A model generated the notes under the pieces. It was not told where the DNA came from. It saw nothing but the letters and a program-made list of their open reading frames with translations, and did no database searches. Positions 61,071 to 64,000 of a stretch of DNA of 64,000 nucleotides are shown here, in pieces. How positions within the stretch are numbered: the stretch's first letter is position 1; the number at the start of each line of letters is the position of its first letter. The stretch spans positions 34,575-98,574 of the forward strand of contig JBBIRK010000007.1 of assembly GCA_037441845.1 (NCBI GenBank), given 5' to 3'. The DNA is from Candidatus Zixiibacteriota bacterium (GTDB lineage: Bacteria > Zixibacteria > MSB-5A5 > UBA10806 > 4484-95). The translations under genes and the position numbers were made by a program.

Positions 61071-61571
61071 ATGAAAATCTATCTGGATAAAATCAATGAC
61101 CGCCGATTCGGGTCGGTGATCGTCGGAGTAACCGACGCCGGCCTGCGATTCATCGGTATCGGGAAGAACGCAACCTACGAATCCGCTATTTCCTATGCCA
61201 AAATGAATCGTCTGACTCCGGCGAAAGTTCAAAGCCGAACCGGCCGTTGCGTCAAACAGCTTAAATCGTATTTTGCCGGTAAACGAAAGAAGTTTTCGCT
61301 GAAATTCGATTTGGGACATCTGCCGGAATTTACCCGCAAGACGTTACGCGCCGCCATGAAAATCCCTTATGGAAAAACATCCTCCTACGGCGAAATCGCC
61401 CGGCTTGTCGGAAAACCCCGGGCAGCCCGGGCTGTCGGACGAATCATGGCGACCAATCCCATTCCGATCATTATCCCGTGCCATAGAGTTGTCGGAGCCG
61501 ACGGCGGTTTGACCGGTTATGGTGGGGGATTGGCGATGAAAAAGAAGCTGCTTTCGCTGGAAAGAACCTGA
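61071..61571 (+). CDS. ogt: Methylated-DNA--protein-cysteine methyltransferase
   Basis: IPYG..SYG, RAVG, NPIPIIIPCHRV. Confidence 0.93.
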   Translation: MKIYLDKINDRRFGSVIVGVTDAGLRFIGIGKNATYESAISYAKMNRLTPAKVQSRTGRCVKQLKSYFAGKRKKFSLKFDLGHLPEFTRKTLRAAMKIPYGKTSSYGEIARLVGKPRAARAVGRIMATNPIPIIIPCHRVVGADGGLTGYGGGLAMKKKLLSLERT

Positions 61572-61635
61572 TTCTCCTGGGGAAAATTCGAGAATCAAGC
61601 CTTCGAATAGTTTATCCTTGCCCGATTTTCCGGCC

Positions 61636-61663
61636 CGGCGGAGGAGCCGCATTTCCTCCGCCG
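61636..61663. terminator. GC-rich hairpin between convergent ogt and ftsZ
   Basis: CGGCGGAGGA/TCCTCCGCCG 10-bp stem; no clear U-tail. Confidence 0.5.
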
Positions 61664-61681
61664 AAAGCCGGTCTTACCCGA

Positions 61682-62881
61682 TCATATCAACAACTGATCG
61701 CTTAAATCCTGCTGATTGACGGCTTGCCCTGATTGTCTGCCGGTTCCGTATCTTTCGAAAGCGGGTTTTTCAAGCGCTTCCGGAGAACAATCGTGATTGG
61801 GCAGATTTCGATATATCGGCCTTTCCGTAAAGGCCGGGCTTCGCCGCTTCGGTTTTTGTCCGCCGTTATTGCCGTTGTCGTTGAACAATGAGCCGTTTCC
61901 GGCTGTCTTGAATTTTATCTCGTCATGATTGCCGAACCCGGTGGCCACGACCGTGACGAATATCTCATCATTCAGGTTATTGTCTATCACCGCGCCGAAT
62001 ATGATATTGGCATCGCTTCCGACGGCCGCATACACCGATTCCATAGCGTCCGACACATTCATGATCGTCATTTTCTTGCCGCCGGTGATATTGACCAGCA
62101 CTCCTTTTGCACCGGAAATGTCGATATCGTCGAGCAACGGCGAATTTATCGCCTTGCGGGCCGCCTCCTCGGCTGCATTTTCACCTCTGGAGAATCCCGT
62201 GCCCATCAACGCTTCTCCTTTTTCCGACATCACCGTGCGCACGTCGGCAAAATCAAGATTGATCAGACCGCAGCGGGTGATGAGATCGGCTATTCCCTTG
62301 GTCGCCCAATAGAGAACATCATCGGCGCGGCGAAAAGACTCGACGAAAGGAGTATTGCGATCAAGATTCTTGATCAGTTTTTCATTGGGTATGATGATCA
62401 TGGAATCGACGTGTTTGCGAAGCTCGGCGATTCCTTGCTCGGCGCGGGACATTCTTTTTTCACCCTCGAATCGAAAAGGCCGGCTGACTATCCCGACCGT
62501 GAGGGCACCCTGTTCTTTGGCGCAGCGGGACACGATGGGTGCCGCGCCGGTACCGGTTCCTCCGCCCATGCCGGCGGTTATAAAAACCATGTCGGCATCG
62601 CCGACGCTGGCTTTGATTTCATCGAGATTTTCTTCCGCGGCTTTCATGCCGATTTCGGGATTGGCCCCGGCTCCGAGACCTTTGGTCAACATCTTCCCGA
62701 TCTGCACCTTTTCGTGGGCGAGGCTGAAGTCGAGAGCCTGCTTATCGGTGTTTATCGAGACGAATTTCACGCCTGTCAAACCGGCCTCGATCATCCGGTT
62801 TACCGCGTTTCCGCCTGCACCTCCGACGCCGACCACCTTCATCCGCGCATAGGCTTCGCTCTCGGGAGCAAATTCAATCAC
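61682..62881 (-). CDS. ftsZ: Cell division protein FtsZ
   Basis: GVGGAGGNAV, GMGGGTGTG, INLDFADV. Confidence 0.98.
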   Translation of the reverse strand: MIEFAPESEAYARMKVVGVGGAGGNAVNRMIEAGLTGVKFVSINTDKQALDFSLAHEKVQIGKMLTKGLGAGANPEIGMKAAEENLDEIKASVGDADMVFITAGMGGGTGTGAAPIVSRCAKEQGALTVGIVSRPFRFEGEKRMSRAEQGIAELRKHVDSMIIIPNEKLIKNLDRNTPFVESFRRADDVLYWATKGIADLITRCGLINLDFADVRTVMSEKGEALMGTGFSRGENAAEEAARKAINSPLLDDIDISGAKGVLVNITGGKKMTIMNVSDAMESVYAAVGSDANIIFGAVIDNNLNDEIFVTVVATGFGNHDEIKFKTAGNGSLFNDNGNNGGQKPKRRSPAFTERPIYRNLPNHDCSPEALEKPAFERYGTGRQSGQAVNQQDLSDQLLI

Positions 62882-62915
62882 TTGCTTTTCCTTCCTATCC
62901 CCCGACGGGGAAGAC

Positions 62916-64000
62916 CTAAAAATATTCAGAAAAAATACTTTTTATTCTTGCCATCACGCCTTGTGCACGCTGACCCCCGATGCGCTTTTTCGCCGAGGAT
63001 CTATTGAGCTGGCTATATCTGACCAAACCGACGGCGGTGGCCAGCTCGGGTTCAAGATCCTGCTGTCGGTCGTTGTAGAAAACACTCGGCCGCGCCACCT
63101 TCGCCGGGAGATCGAAAATCTGCTCGGCCATCTCGGCCAATCCCGCGAGTTTTGAACCTCCGCCGGTTAGAATTACCCCGGCCGTCAACGATTCCGTAAG
63201 GTTAATCCGGGTCAATTCCCGGGCGACCAGCGAAAACATCTCTTCCGCCCTGGGTTCGATAATCGAGGCCAGCACCGAGCGGGCGATCTCCCTCGACTCC
63301 CGCCCGGCTACTCCGGGAACCGTGATCAGGTCGTCTGCGCCCACCATGGTGGCCAAAGCGCAACCGTGAAGACATTTCAGACGTTCGGCCTGTTCGAGCG
63401 GAGTTCTGAGTCCGATCGCAATATCATTGGTGACGTTTTTGCCGCCGATTCCGAGAACCGCCGTATGCCTGACCGAACCATCGACGAAAGCCGCGATATC
63501 CGTCGTCCCGCCGCCGATATCGATCAGCAAGCAGCCGAGCTCCCGCTCGTCGGGATTGAGGACCGCATACGATGAAGCCAGAGGCCCCAGCACGAGCTCG
63601 CTGGCTTCGATATCGGCCTTCTCGATCGCCTTCACCATATTGGCCACGGCGGCGATCGATCCGGTTACTATATGCACACTGACTTCGAGTCTGGTGCCGT
63701 TCATCCCCACCGGATCCGTTATTCCGGCTTGATCGTCAACGGTATATTCCTGGGGCAAGACGTGGATGATTTCCCGATCCGCGGGGATAGCGACGGCGCG
63801 CGCCGCCTCGACTACCCGGTTGACGTCAGAGCGACTTATTTCGGAATTCCCTTTGCCGACGGCGATAACACCTCGGCTGTTGATACTTTTTATATGCTCT
63901 CCGGCAATTCCGGCATCGACATGCTTGATCTTGCAGCCACTTACCATCTGGGCATCGGCCACCGCCGCCTCGATCGCACCGACCACTTTTTCGAGATCGA
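62916..64000 (-). CDS. ftsA: Cell division protein FtsA (5' end outside the window)
   Basis: IHVLPQEY.VD, DIGGGTTD, VTNDIAIGL, LTGGGS; directly upstream of ftsZ. Confidence 0.96.
   Translation of the reverse strand, partial: DLEKVVGAIEAAVADAQMVSGCKIKHVDAGIAGEHIKSINSRGVIAVGKGNSEISRSDVNRVVEAARAVAIPADREIIHVLPQEYTVDDQAGITDPVGMNGTRLEVSVHIVTGSIAAVANMVKAIEKADIEASELVLGPLASSYAVLNPDERELGCLLIDIGGGTTDIAAFVDGSVRHTAVLGIGGKNVTNDIAIGLRTPLEQAERLKCLHGCALATMVGADDLITVPGVAGRESREIARSVLASIIEPRAEEMFSLVARELTRINLTESLTAGVILTGGGSKLAGLAEMAEQIFDLPAKVARPSVFYNDRQQDLEPELATAVGLVRYSQLNRSSAKKRIGGQRAQGVMARIKSIFSEYF

Overview
A 64-kb chromosomal segment from a diderm bacterium. The T9SS-type C-terminal domains, PorV-like barrels and many dockerin proteins point to an FCB-affiliated lineage such as Zixibacteria (inference). 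1-21.5 kb is an accessory surface-protein region with eight secreted genes: seven non-catalytic proteins built from cohesin-like, dockerin, cadherin-like Ig and T9SS-CTD modules, plus an Ig-repeat gene running off the left edge. They flank a Ser/Thr kinase-TPR protein and a GAF-PAS histidine kinase. In the 8.4-9.2 kb spacer, and absent from the ORF track, is a complete mini transcription unit: promoter, leader palindromes, strong SD, a 23-aa ORF (MEVFMIEELEERIAPAGYIGSGS) and an intrinsic terminator. It converges on the kinase-TPR gene and is the best candidate for an undescribed peptide-signalling or RiPP-like system. 22-64 kb is mostly housekeeping: ligA, dnaE, argS, dapF, a divergent aroA, ppiD-like, an M16 pair, ruvX, mltG, ogt, ftsZ and ftsA. 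This part also holds two PorV-like genes, an SPFH/Zn-ribbon/Ppx cluster, two small ORFs and a candidate structured RNA. I saw no rRNA, tRNA, CRISPR array or mobile element. All family assignments come from motif recognition by eye; no searches were run.
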